Notes under the pieces: model-generated
The model's input: only the letters and a program-made list of their open reading frames with translations
What the model was told of the DNA's origin: nothing
Databases searched by the model: none
Translations under genes and position numbers: made by a program
In this document: piece after piece, positions 16,494-25,584 of the stretch
Layout of the letters: every line of letters starts with the position of its first letter
Numbering within the stretch: position 1 is the stretch's first letter
IMG/VR virus record: IMGVR_UViG_3300021407_000008
Strand: one strand, 5' to 3'
DNA length: 29,843 nt
Origin: a virus
Lineage: Duplodnaviria > Heunggongvirae > Uroviricota > Caudoviricetes

Positions 16494-17828
16494 TTAGTTC
16501 GGATTGGCGATAACCATCCAATCAAACGCATCGGTCGCTCCCGAACAAGACACAGTGAAGCCTGTTTTACTTTTGGTACTTAAGCTAACGCCGCCAGCCG
16601 TAGTCTCGTCAAACACTAAGATTACTGGCTGAGAGGCATAAGTCACGTTTGATGGCAAGGTGATTGCTTTTGTGCTACCAACGCAAGCCGATATTCCGGC
16701 AATCGTGTTTGCGACCTTTTGCAAAAGCGCTCCATCTACCTGTAGTTCATATGCCTCATATGATCCACCGAAGGCGAATAATCCGATGACATGAGCCGTA
16801 TATTTCGGAGTTACGCTACCAAGCACGTTAATACTTAAAAAGTTGGACGCTGATTCCACTTCATAACTATTGCCCGAGCTTGCCCCACTGCAAATAGGAT
16901 TCGTAAAGTTGGGGCTGAGAATAGCTGCCACCCAAGAGTTCGCATCGGCGTCGATGTCGGAGTTTGGGGTGCTCTGGTTATATGTGATAGCGCAACTTCC
17001 ACCGCCCGGAATATCGGTATGAATAAAACAACTGTCACAATGATTACTGTCGGTGTTGAGTTCGCTGTCCCATCCGTTTTGAACGTTCCCCGTTGTGATG
17101 AAACGAACAAACCAGTTATCGCTAACCACGGAACCAGAGTTAACCGCACCCGCACCGGCAATCTGAATGGCGTAATTACAATATTGGCCAGTGGCATTTA
17201 AACACTGAATACTAAAGTCAATGAAGTGATTTGCAATAGTATTGCAGCCCGGACCACACGAACCGTTACTAACACCAAGAATCATCGCTGGCGTACTCGT
17301 TCCACCCGTGCCACCATTCGGACCGGTTAGTGTGTCCCCGATAAACCAATTGAACGAGGAGCTAATCAGGCTCATGGAGCAGTTATCTGGCTGGAAAAAG
17401 GTTATTCCGTAGGCGACAAAATTTTGTAGGCCGGTAAAGGTAATGCAACTCGCATAATTGAGGGTTACTTGGGTGGTAGTAACATTAGGTGAAATCCCAA
17501 ACGAGCCAACGACTCCTAGGTTTGCTGGAGCACAGAGGGATACTAGGCTAACGTTAGAAAGTCCAGTAGTCGGACCCGTGCCGCTGTAGCCGCATGGAAA
17601 GTATACCGTGCCGCCAGTTGACGGTAGTGCGTTTACGGCGGCTTGGGTGGAAGCGAACTGATTGGCAAATACCGCCCCATTGATTGCGGCCACGTTGTTA
17701 AACGTTTCTACGCCGGTCCACGTACAAGATTGATCTAGTGCGCAGAATACGTGAACCGTTTGCGATTGGAGACTGGTGGCCGTTAACAATAAAATTATCG
17801 GACAACACATCCAGAGTAATTTCTTCAA
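16494..17828 (-). CDS. Tailspike/pectate-lyase-like beta-helix protein with an N-terminal signal peptide
   Basis: MKKLLWMCCPIILLLTATSLQS signal; STQAAVNALPSTGGTVYFPCG beta-helix cap; N/S/T/C-rich coils; small C-terminal beta domain (KTGFTV...FDWMVI); TTG start with AAGGAG SD. Confidence 0.7.
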   Translation of the reverse strand: MKKLLWMCCPIILLLTATSLQSQTVHVFCALDQSCTWTGVETFNNVAAINGAVFANQFASTQAAVNALPSTGGTVYFPCGYSGTGPTTGLSNVSLVSLCAPANLGVVGSFGISPNVTTTQVTLNYASCITFTGLQNFVAYGITFFQPDNCSMSLISSSFNWFIGDTLTGPNGGTGGTSTPAMILGVSNGSCGPGCNTIANHFIDFSIQCLNATGQYCNYAIQIAGAGAVNSGSVVSDNWFVRFITTGNVQNGWDSELNTDSNHCDSCFIHTDIPGGGSCAITYNQSTPNSDIDADANSWVAAILSPNFTNPICSGASSGNSYEVESASNFLSINVLGSVTPKYTAHVIGLFAFGGSYEAYELQVDGALLQKVANTIAGISACVGSTKAITLPSNVTYASQPVILVFDETTAGGVSLSTKSKTGFTVSCSGATDAFDWMVIANPN

Positions 17829-18013
17829 GCGGCTTGCTCCTTAATCTCAATTGCGCGGGCGTGCATAATGGCTTTGCCGATGGCGTGAATTTTGGTAGTG
17901 AGTTTTTCTTCCCAGAATAAGTTCATCTTGCGGCCAAACGCCTCGCGATGTAGGCGCGTTCTCCATTGGCGCAAGAGGAAGTAAGCATTCGTAGTCGGGC
18001 GAAGGTCTTTCAC
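17825..18013 (-). CDS. Small basic hypothetical protein
   Basis: 62 aa, coupled to the downstream start. Confidence 0.55.
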   Translation of the reverse strand: MKDLRPTTNAYFLLRQWRTRLHREAFGRKMNLFWEEKLTTKIHAIGKAIMHARAIEIKEQAA

Positions 18014-18025
18014 TCGAATACGATT

Positions 18026-18631
18026 TTAGGGGAGTTGGAGGATGGTGTTCTTGGACTTGGAGTGTTCTAGAACCTTGCGGCAGTGTTCAACGAAAAAAGA
18101 AGCAGAACGATTGGTTTTCATTTGGTTATCTACCGCGCAACACGGCACGCAATTCCCATCCGCGTATCCTAGGTTGTTATCAACCCTGTCAATACCATTG
18201 GATATATATGGCAGATTATCGGCGTTAATCCTTTTGTGTCTCGAATAATGCAAGTTGGATGGCGGCTCTCCGCAGTAATGGCACGGACTAGACGTAATTT
18301 CTATAAATACTTCCAAGGATAGCGAGAAATCTAAACATCTCTTCTTTGCACTGCTCTTGTACATGGTATACATATCCATAATTGCAACCATGTTTCCTTG
18401 ATGTTTGGGTCTGCCACAACCGCAACTCTTAACGCGGCCTTGTTTTAGATGGGTTGGAGTGCAAGTTTTACTTGCTCCGCAATCGCACAAACATAGCCAC
18501 GTGGTTTCATACCAAACGTCACCACTGGCACGACGAGAAGATTTGCCTTTGCACGTAACTTTCCGTGGTTCTCCTAGGCCAACAACGGTCAGTTTATCGA
18601 AACGCTTACCAATCGGCGGAATTATCGGCAT
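18026..18631 (-). CDS. HNH-type homing endonuclease (GIDR subtype)
   Basis: GKRFDKLTV...WLCLCDCG...SCGC; PCHYCG...NGIDRVDNNLGY..GNCVPCC. Confidence 0.85.
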   Translation of the reverse strand: MPIIPPIGKRFDKLTVVGLGEPRKVTCKGKSSRRASGDVWYETTWLCLCDCGASKTCTPTHLKQGRVKSCGCGRPKHQGNMVAIMDMYTMYKSSAKKRCLDFSLSLEVFIEITSSPCHYCGEPPSNLHYSRHKRINADNLPYISNGIDRVDNNLGYADGNCVPCCAVDNQMKTNRSASFFVEHCRKVLEHSKSKNTILQLP

Positions 18632-19158
18632 TAATCGACGTATACCACGGAATTACCGCGCTGGGTTGGTATGCGCAGTTTTTCTTTGTATTGCTGCCAA
18701 ATTTCTTCAGTCAAACACTCTTCGCGGCGAGGACTGAATAATGCGGGGCAGTGCTGGCAGATTCCGCGAGTTACCCCATCCGACTGCCTAGCCCACGCGA
18801 TTGCTGAGCTTTGATCCTCGCGTTGATGTGAGCAATTTTCGGCACGAAGGATTTGACCTTCCCAATAGGCTTTCTGGGCTTGCAATTTGGCTTCGTGTGC
18901 TCTGGCCTGTTGCTTTTCGTGGAACTCGCTAACCGGAGGCTTGCGAGCTACCTCAATAGCTTGGGCCAGTTTTTCCGCAAACATGACTTGGCTTTCATTC
19001 ATTCGGGCGTTGAATGCGGCTAATAGTTGGGCAAATTCGCTAACCGGAACAGAGATAGACTGCTTGGATTCGGTTAACTGTTCCGGTTCTGGTGGAAGTT
19101 CTTCGGTCCCTACGGGAGATTCAAATGGGTTAACTTTACTACGCGGCAAAAGTATCAC
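18631..19158 (-). CDS. Hypothetical phage protein (coiled coil plus CxH...CxxC)
   Basis: 175 aa; AGGAG SD; NCSH...GICQHC. Confidence 0.75.
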   Translation of the reverse strand: MILLPRSKVNPFESPVGTEELPPEPEQLTESKQSISVPVSEFAQLLAAFNARMNESQVMFAEKLAQAIEVARKPPVSEFHEKQQARAHEAKLQAQKAYWEGQILRAENCSHQREDQSSAIAWARQSDGVTRGICQHCPALFSPRREECLTEEIWQQYKEKLRIPTQRGNSVVYVD

Positions 19159-19195
19159 GCTCCTAAGTTCTAAATGCTAAAGAAGTTGTTGGATA

Positions 19196-19795
19196 TTACG
19201 CAAAGTATTCGTTTATCTTGCTAGCTATTTCATCCCAAGTTTTGCCTTCCCAAGATTTCACTAATTCGGCAGTAACCTGTTTTTGTGGAATGTGTTCTTT
19301 TTTGCAAGCGCAAAACTTAAAATTGTAAGCTATTGAACTTCCCGCTAGGCGGGCCGGGTCGGCCACTGATGGCTCCCAATCGCGGATAATAAAATTGAGA
19401 TTATCGTTTTGGCTCCAATGCAATATTCCGCAATCATGCCCATGTTCCGCAACGGCCAATCTTGCTGCGTTGGTATATGCTCCAATAGCTTGATGCGCGA
19501 TATTGATAATCTTAGCCTCTAATTCTCCCACGGAGAATCCACCCAGAGTATCGGGCAGCGTTTTCCAGTTATAGAAGCTTGTAACCCTTGATATAACAGC
19601 GCCACTATTGAGCGCGACAATACCAGCATTACGATTCCATTCTGGAACCGTAAAAAATTTAACGCGATCTAGTCGGTAATCGTTGATTTGTGATTCGATG
19701 CCAGTTTTTACGGTTTCAAAGAAAACCTTTTCGGCGGCTATATGAATTGCTGGTGGACTATTGTGATGTGGAGTTGACGATGGGGTGTATGCCAT
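19196..19795 (-). CDS. Hypothetical protein
   Basis: 199 aa, coupled to the upstream glycosyltransferase. Confidence 0.75.
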   Translation of the reverse strand: MAYTPSSTPHHNSPPAIHIAAEKVFFETVKTGIESQINDYRLDRVKFFTVPEWNRNAGIVALNSGAVISRVTSFYNWKTLPDTLGGFSVGELEAKIINIAHQAIGAYTNAARLAVAEHGHDCGILHWSQNDNLNFIIRDWEPSVADPARLAGSSIAYNFKFCACKKEHIPQKQVTAELVKSWEGKTWDEIASKINEYFA

Positions 19796-19796
19796 T

Positions 19797-20636
19797 TTAT
19801 TTTACCAATGCCATTTTTTCTTCGATTTCGGCTTGTGCAACCCCAGATTCTGCAACCGCAAGCAAACTGCCGGAATAGGAGTAAATCCCCCAGTGCTTTA
19901 GCGTAACCCACGGTGCCATCCAAACCTTACCGCCTAATGATTTCCACATACGGGTGAACCAATAATCCTCAGACAGATAATTCTTTGTTGCAGGGTCAAT
20001 CTCAGCGCGGTAGAAGTCGTAAATTTCTGGACCATAGAAACTGGGTTCGTCCGACATTGGAATGTAAGACTGCACCTTGCCAGAATCAATCATTTTTTCG
20101 TATACAGAGCGATTGATTAACATGAAGCCGGTTCCGGCGTCAGTAACTTCGTTGAGCGTGTCTAGGCTGATCTGAGCTACTTTTTCTTTCTCGGTTTTGC
20201 CGACTATGTTAATGACGAAATCCCCACAAACTTTATCGAGCCGGTCTACTGGAATGTTGTGGTCAATAGTTACAGCTTTCTTAACTCGCGACCAGTTGAT
20301 TTGTTTCTTGGGATAAGGCGCGGCAATAAATTCCTCATTCAGTGTCAACATCTTTAGGATGTCCGCCGCCTGAAACTCTATGTCGCTATCAATCAACATT
20401 TGGTGAGTAAATGTAGACGACAGGAATAGGTCTGCTTGCCGATTACGCGCCCGAGTAACCAAGCTATCGTGCATAAAGTTAATCGAAAGCGGTACTTCGT
20501 AAGCGCGACACAAGCTGGCCAAACTTAACAGGCCATTCACGTAGGGCGATAAGCATGTCAGATTATAGACTGGCGTGGTCAGGAATAAGCTTTTTCCGGC
20601 TAGTTCGTCAACTCTCACGGTATCTCTTTCCACCAA
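19797..20636 (-). CDS. GT-A fold glycosyltransferase-like protein
   Basis: TPVY, SLVTRARN, DxD motif IDSDIEF, APYPKK, AGTGFMLI, SEDYWF, LKHWG. Confidence 0.85.
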   Translation of the reverse strand: MVERDTVRVDELAGKSLFLTTPVYNLTCLSPYVNGLLSLASLCRAYEVPLSINFMHDSLVTRARNRQADLFLSSTFTHQMLIDSDIEFQAADILKMLTLNEEFIAAPYPKKQINWSRVKKAVTIDHNIPVDRLDKVCGDFVINIVGKTEKEKVAQISLDTLNEVTDAGTGFMLINRSVYEKMIDSGKVQSYIPMSDEPSFYGPEIYDFYRAEIDPATKNYLSEDYWFTRMWKSLGGKVWMAPWVTLKHWGIYSYSGSLLAVAESGVAQAEIEEKMALVK

Positions 20637-21226
20637 ATTCTGGAATGTTCAGCTACGTTAAATGTACCTAGAATTTCAGTACACGCCTGCACTACTCCCG
20701 GCGATCCCATATCGTAGTCGTGGCCACAAAGTAAACCGTTAGGTTCCAAGACCGAAAGCGCCGTTTTAATATCGCGCATCACGTTTTCATATCTGTGCGA
20801 CCCGTCGATAAAGACCATATCGTATTTGGGTGGTTGCGGCGCATTGGCGAAGTCTAGCGAGCCATGGTCGGCTTTCCATGGCAGAACCCTACCAGAAGCG
20901 ATATGTTGGCTTAAATTGGCCGCAAACGTGTCACAGATGGCGCTCCGCTCTTTCCATGAGATAACAATATCTTCTGGCCCCTTGAAGCTATCGCAGGCGA
21001 TTACAAAGCCGGTAGTATGGTCGGCCATGGCCATCGTTGTGCGACCATAGTAGCTACCTAGTTCTAAGATTTTTGTGTGGGTACACGCGGAGTGAGCTAG
21101 GAAAGCTAAGTCGTCCCAGCCGCTCAATCCCTTTACGTTTAGGGCGTTATCTAATCCGCAATCTTTAAAGCGTGGAATATTGTTTAGGCAGGCATCCAAC
21201 GCTTGTTGATCTTTATCTACAGGCAA
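20615..21226 (-). CDS. Class I SAM methyltransferase (Methyltransf_24-like)
   Basis: ILELGSYYGRTT; VFIDGSHRYENV..D; GLLCGHDY. Confidence 0.9.
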   Translation of the reverse strand: MPVDKDQQALDACLNNIPRFKDCGLDNALNVKGLSGWDDLAFLAHSACTHTKILELGSYYGRTTMAMADHTTGFVIACDSFKGPEDIVISWKERSAICDTFAANLSQHIASGRVLPWKADHGSLDFANAPQPPKYDMVFIDGSHRYENVMRDIKTALSVLEPNGLLCGHDYDMGSPGVVQACTEILGTFNVAEHSRIWWKEIP

Positions 21227-21540
21227 ACATCAACCTGAATTCTGACGGTTTTACCTTTGATTTCGTGCCAAAGTATCGGAGCTTCATAGCTTGGTTTTGA
21301 ATCATTTTCGTAAGTGTAGCATCTAATGCTGTATTTACCAACCACTAGGTTCTCTGGCTTTTTACCAGAACCGCCGAGAAAGCCGTTGAGCGTAATCCAG
21401 ACTTCACCAGCACCGTTAATTTGGGTACGCTTGACTGTAGCTTGGGAACCGTTAGGACGGGATACTTCTACGTTGTAATCGTCGGGATTATCCCCTAGAT
21501 CAAGGGGAACGAGTTCTACGTTATTCCACCAAACCTTCAA
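21217..21540 (-). CDS. Hypothetical beta-rich protein
   Basis: 107 aa ORF in operon orientation. Confidence 0.65.
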   Translation of the reverse strand: MKVWWNNVELVPLDLGDNPDDYNVEVSRPNGSQATVKRTQINGAGEVWITLNGFLGGSGKKPENLVVGKYSIRCYTYENDSKPSYEAPILWHEIKGKTVRIQVDVCL

Positions 21541-21593
21541 TCAGTTAATCCGCTTCTCTCTTAATCGGCATAAACTATTGATAACAAAGGGCT

Positions 21594-21953
21594 TCAATAT
21601 TGAACGACCACCAAGTCTACCGTCTGTTGGAGATTAAGATTGGCGTTGGTTGAATTGATTAGCGGCACCTGTACTCGCGGATGGTTGCCAGAAGCGTAAG
21701 AACCGCTAGCTGGAGCCAATAATTGTACCGCGCCAAAAGAAAGTCCAGTATTCATGTTGGCGTTGGCTAAGTTTGCGGGAAGGGTCGCCTCTACCTGGCC
21801 GTTGCCCTGGAATTGAAACGGCACAGTCAGGGTAATAGTGGTTTGGCCGCCATTTCCCGTGACATTGCCAGCGGCTATAGCATTAGGCGAGTAGACGCGA
21901 GAGTGTTCCGAGCTAGTAGTGCGGGTCCAATTGCTTTTCTGAAATGATGCCAT
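21594..21953 (-). CDS. Small Asn/Gly/Thr-rich beta protein, putative virion decoration protein
   Basis: 119 aa, few charges, beta pattern; located in the late operon. Confidence 0.55.
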   Translation of the reverse strand: MASFQKSNWTRTTSSEHSRVYSPNAIAAGNVTGNGGQTTITLTVPFQFQGNGQVEATLPANLANANMNTGLSFGAVQLLAPASGSYASGNHPRVQVPLINSTNANLNLQQTVDLVVVQY

Positions 21954-21957
21954 AATC

Positions 21958-22434
21958 CTAAACTCCTTCTGGAAAATTCAATGTTGCGAATTCCCCATGG
22001 TACTGCTTGGCTGCTGCGTCATATGCTTTGGCGGCTTCTATTTTGTTCTTAAAGTAGCCAAGGCTTTTTTGTTTGCCGTCTACCTTGATTCTAGCCGCCC
22101 AGTACGAACAACCGCGAACCACAAACCAAACCACGCCACGATATCCGCTTGTATTGTTTTTCTGTACAAGTTGCTTGCGGCGTTGATTATCGCATCTTGC
22201 CACGTACCGCAAATTGCTTTTCTGGTAATTCAACCTATTGAAATCTATGTGGTCACATTCGTAACCTTTTGGCGGTTGCCCCAGAATAAATTTGTGCATC
22301 AGTGTTCTATCTTTTGTGCTTACCACATATCCGCCATTAAGGATGCACCACTTGCTATAGGCGGTTAACTTTTCAAAGAACTCGTTGTCTACTATTGCAA
22401 ACATCTCAGAGTTTGTTAGGGAAATTAGCTTCAT
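21958..22434 (-). CDS. HNH-AP2 homing endonuclease
   Basis: MHKFIL...CDHIDFNRL...SNLR; AP2 domain NNTSGYRGV...WAARI...LGYF....EAAKAYDAAAKQYHGEFATLNF; ATG at 22434. Confidence 0.9.
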   Translation of the reverse strand: MKLISLTNSEMFAIVDNEFFEKLTAYSKWCILNGGYVVSTKDRTLMHKFILGQPPKGYECDHIDFNRLNYQKSNLRYVARCDNQRRKQLVQKNNTSGYRGVVWFVVRGCSYWAARIKVDGKQKSLGYFKNKIEAAKAYDAAAKQYHGEFATLNFPEGV

Positions 22435-22443
22435 TTGGAAGCT

Positions 22444-22451
22444 ATTATACA
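22444..22451 (-). promoter_or_regulatory. TGTATAAT -10 element upstream of HNH-AP2
   Basis: 9 nt upstream of ATG 22434, no SD. Confidence 0.5.
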
Positions 22452-22459
22452 CCCTATAC

Positions 22460-22846
22460 TCAGACCCCTTGGTTGAACACGAACAGCAATCGCGAATTGG
22501 TGTTGATGTTAGCCGTGCTTCCCATACCGTAGAACGTTACGTTAATTCCAGAGCTATTCTGGAATACGCTCGAAATAGCTACGTTCGTGGTGTTCAGGAA
22601 GTTGATGTTGGATTGCTGAATATTGGGTGCTGGCGAGTTGTAATTTGTGTTCGCAAGCAGCGTAACCGCGATTGGTAGCTGATAAGTGTTAGAAGTGAAG
22701 AACGAACCGCTGCCAGCAACAGGGGCGACAAAGGTTACAGTGGTCGCAGTATTTGCTGTTAACGCAATATTTTGGTTGCAAATTGCCTCGCACCAGAGTC
22801 CCACAGAAGACGATTGAGCAGAACTAAGATTGCCTACGTTTGACAT
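22460..22846 (-). CDS. Small Asn/Ser/Thr-rich beta protein, putative virion decoration protein
   Basis: 128 aa, 20 Asn, only one Glu and one Arg, no Asp or Lys; AAGGAG SD. Confidence 0.6.
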   Translation of the reverse strand: MSNVGNLSSAQSSSVGLWCEAICNQNIALTANTATTVTFVAPVAGSGSFFTSNTYQLPIAVTLLANTNYNSPAPNIQQSNINFLNTTNVAISSVFQNSSGINVTFYGMGSTANINTNSRLLFVFNQGV

Positions 22847-22935
22847 GGAAGATATCTCCTTGGGCTGGCGATTTGCGCGGCCCTGTTAACAGTTAAAATC
22901 GTAGAGAACTTTGTGGAAGCAATACAATGGCGGGA

Positions 22936-23853
22936 TTATTTTTGGGCAAAAACGGTATCTACTAGATATTTGAAAACGCTTTCTGTGGTTAGGTTTTCTC
23001 GCGCATGCTTCATTACTTTTTCGATAACCCGATTGTAGAAGTCAATCGCGGTATCCTTGCCTTCTGTCGGGCTGTATTCGATTAATCGGCGCACCATATC
23101 TACTTCACGCTTAGGATAGCGGTGCATAACTAAGTCTGGAGTTCCGTCTATTGCGCGATGGTACGGTATTGCCCACTGGCTCAAAATCTCCACGTGGCGC
23201 ATACAATCGTGTCCCATGCGTCTCATAGTAGGCGCGAAGTAGCTACAAGCATACCCGGCGAGATAATCCTTTTCGTTATCGTAAACCGTAGATTGGTTTA
23301 TTAGCGGATCGTATGCAGACATGAAGCGAGTTTTTTCTGGCATTGACGGCAGAATTTTGTGGGCAGGGATACCGAAGTGAATTGGCCAGAAGCCGTCTAT
23401 CTGACTGCACAATTCCCTTTTGAACATGAGCACCTTATCGTGCAACGGAAAGGTATAAGGCGAATCCTCGCCATCCACGGCTGCTATTTTGTTTCTTGGA
23501 TATACAGAAGTAATGCCGCCAAAATAGAGTTGATTTCTCTGTATTGACCCGAAAATAACAATGTCGAAAAACTTATTCTTGAGTTTGTTTACAATATCGT
23601 CTCGGTCTACCGCTAGAGTGGGATCAAGTAATTTGCAGTGCGAGAAGCCGCGACCATGAAAGCCTGATACATCGCCATAATCGGTGTATAGATAACTACA
23701 ACGCGGAAAGTCTACGAAGTCTCCTCCGAGCGTAAGCCTGCCGCCGTGGCATATTGTGTCGGCCATGAAATCTGGCAAATCGCCGTTAGTTAAAAAAAGT
23801 ATCTTCAAATGGGGTTTTTCTCCCAAAATTCTGGCGTCCCAAAACCTTGCCAA
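22936..23853 (-). CDS. Glycosyltransferase-like protein (GT-B-like)
   Basis: DIVIFGSIQR, AVDGED, FKREL, PIHFGIP, GHDCMRHVEIL...IPY resemble a GT-like family I recall from large DNA viruses (GWDCLRHYEI..GCIPY). Confidence 0.6.
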   Translation of the reverse strand: MARFWDARILGEKPHLKILFLTNGDLPDFMADTICHGGRLTLGGDFVDFPRCSYLYTDYGDVSGFHGRGFSHCKLLDPTLAVDRDDIVNKLKNKFFDIVIFGSIQRNQLYFGGITSVYPRNKIAAVDGEDSPYTFPLHDKVLMFKRELCSQIDGFWPIHFGIPAHKILPSMPEKTRFMSAYDPLINQSTVYDNEKDYLAGYACSYFAPTMRRMGHDCMRHVEILSQWAIPYHRAIDGTPDLVMHRYPKREVDMVRRLIEYSPTEGKDTAIDFYNRVIEKVMKHARENLTTESVFKYLVDTVFAQK

Positions 23854-24014
23854 CTATCATGCTCTGGTGCCTCAACATAACCATCTCGCAATTCGTGTTG
23901 TGGCTCTTTGTTGACCCACATAATGCCGACACCAAACGGACCAAGGCCACCGAGACATACCCGGTTACGCTTGGTATCTTTGAAAATTATTGGGCATGGA
24001 GGTTTATATTTCAT
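23805..24014 (-). CDS. Small hypothetical protein
   Basis: 69 aa, ATGA-coupled to the upstream MTase. Confidence 0.5.
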   Translation of the reverse strand: MKYKPPCPIIFKDTKRNRVCLGGLGPFGVGIMWVNKEPQHELRDGYVEAPEHDSWQGFGTPEFWEKNPI

Positions 24015-24583
24015 AATTTTTTAAACACCGCAATCCAGTCCTTCCACTGGTCGCCGCTGATAATTTCTTCGCCTACCTTGAATTCGTATTCGCTAATGTG
24101 GCTGTAGATCAATTCCACTGGTTGCCCCATACGCTCTGACCACTTTTGTAATGCTAGCCCAGAACCGGGATAAAATCTCCAGCAATCTACGGGGCATGGA
24201 TGATATGGGCCGGTACTGGGTGCTTGTAAATAAATCAAACCACTATTTTTGAGTACGCGCACCATTTCCATAAACAGCAACCAAAAGAATTCTACATGCT
24301 CCATGGTGGACGAAGAAACCACGATGTCTGCATATTCGTTGGGTAAATCCACCGAGTACGGGTCGCTAGTCACGATGTCTACATGCTTACCGTGTACGCA
24401 GTCTATTCCAACGTACTTCACGGTTTCGGGAATTATCTGACGGATCGAACCGTTAATGTCTTGCGAACCGAACTCTACTACGGTCGCAGTCTCGGGCGAG
24501 ATTTCACCGGCAAATTTGTCAAAGAAAAACTTCGCGTTTTCATAGGCGGTTCCGTGCATTATGGTAATGGGCACCCGTGCCAA
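24011..24583 (-). CDS. Class I SAM methyltransferase (Methyltransf_11-like)
   Basis: VVEFGSQDING, YVGID, DIVVSSSTMEHV, RVLKNSG, GPYHPCPVDCWRF. Confidence 0.9.
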   Translation of the reverse strand: MARVPITIMHGTAYENAKFFFDKFAGEISPETATVVEFGSQDINGSIRQIIPETVKYVGIDCVHGKHVDIVTSDPYSVDLPNEYADIVVSSSTMEHVEFFWLLFMEMVRVLKNSGLIYLQAPSTGPYHPCPVDCWRFYPGSGLALQKWSERMGQPVELIYSHISEYEFKVGEEIISGDQWKDWIAVFKKL

Positions 24584-25584
24584 CTAAGCTGCCTCCAAGA
24601 TGGCGGCATATTCCTCTCGACTTCTATGTTGGTAAACGGCTTACCCTTTTGCGGCCCGCGTTCTTTGGCCCATTTCGCCATGCGTGCTAGGCCGTCTTCT
24701 AGTGTAACTGTTGGCTTATAGCCGAATACGCCCTGACATCTTCTGTGGTCACTTAGCGCGTGCATAACCTCATTGCGTTTGTCTAGGTGGGTTACGGGGA
24801 GATTCGTTCCCATAGCCTGCTGTACCGCTTCCGCAAGTCTATTGACTGAGTAGGGTATATCCGCACCTACGTTAAATGTATTGTTGTACCCAAAGTCGGC
24901 AAAGTTAACCGAGTTGGCAATAATTGGCGCTACGTCATCTACGTGAGTAAATGCGCGAGTCTGCGTACCATCCCCAAAGATTGTTAGGGGTTCGTGCTTC
25001 ATGCATTGATTCATGAATATCCCAACCACGTTGCGGTATGGGTCGGACATGTTTTGTCTCTGGCCGTAGATGTTGTATGGGCGGAAGACGATGTAGTTTA
25101 GTCCAAACATGCGGTTGGCGGCGTGCAAGTCCAACTCCACTGCGTATTTTGCAATTCCATAACAATCCTCCGGCGTGGGAACGGTAGATTCAAGGAATGG
25201 AACTTGGTTTGTGCCGTAAACGGCGATAGACGAAGTAAACACAAAGCATTTTACCCCGCCATGATTGACTGCCGCGTTTATCAGGTTGATTGAGCCGATC
25301 AGGTTGTTTGTGTAATTGTAACGGCGAATAAAGTGGGACAAGCCCTCAGCCGCGTAAGCCGCGCAATGGTACACGTAGTCGATTTGGTGCGATACGAATA
25401 TCTCGCCAAGCACAGACAAATCGTTTATAGAACCGCGCAGCAATGTTGCTTTAGGGTTGACGTTATCCGCAAAGCCGCCAGACAAATCATCTAGTACCAA
25501 AACATCGTGGCCTAGTTCGATCAGGGAATCTACTATGTGGCTTCCGAGAAATCCGGCACCGCCAGTAACAAGTGAGCGAATCAT
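24559..25584 (-). CDS. NAD-dependent NDP-sugar epimerase/dehydratase (extended SDR)
   Basis: LVTGGAGFLG, DDLSGG, HCAAY, TSSIAVYG, YGIAK (YxxxK), RPYNIYGQRQ, GDGTQTRAF. Confidence 0.95.
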   Translation of the reverse strand: MIRSLVTGGAGFLGSHIVDSLIELGHDVLVLDDLSGGFADNVNPKATLLRGSINDLSVLGEIFVSHQIDYVYHCAAYAAEGLSHFIRRYNYTNNLIGSINLINAAVNHGGVKCFVFTSSIAVYGTNQVPFLESTVPTPEDCYGIAKYAVELDLHAANRMFGLNYIVFRPYNIYGQRQNMSDPYRNVVGIFMNQCMKHEPLTIFGDGTQTRAFTHVDDVAPIIANSVNFADFGYNNTFNVGADIPYSVNRLAEAVQQAMGTNLPVTHLDKRNEVMHALSDHRRCQGVFGYKPTVTLEDGLARMAKWAKERGPQKGKPFTNIEVERNMPPSWRQLSWHGCPLP

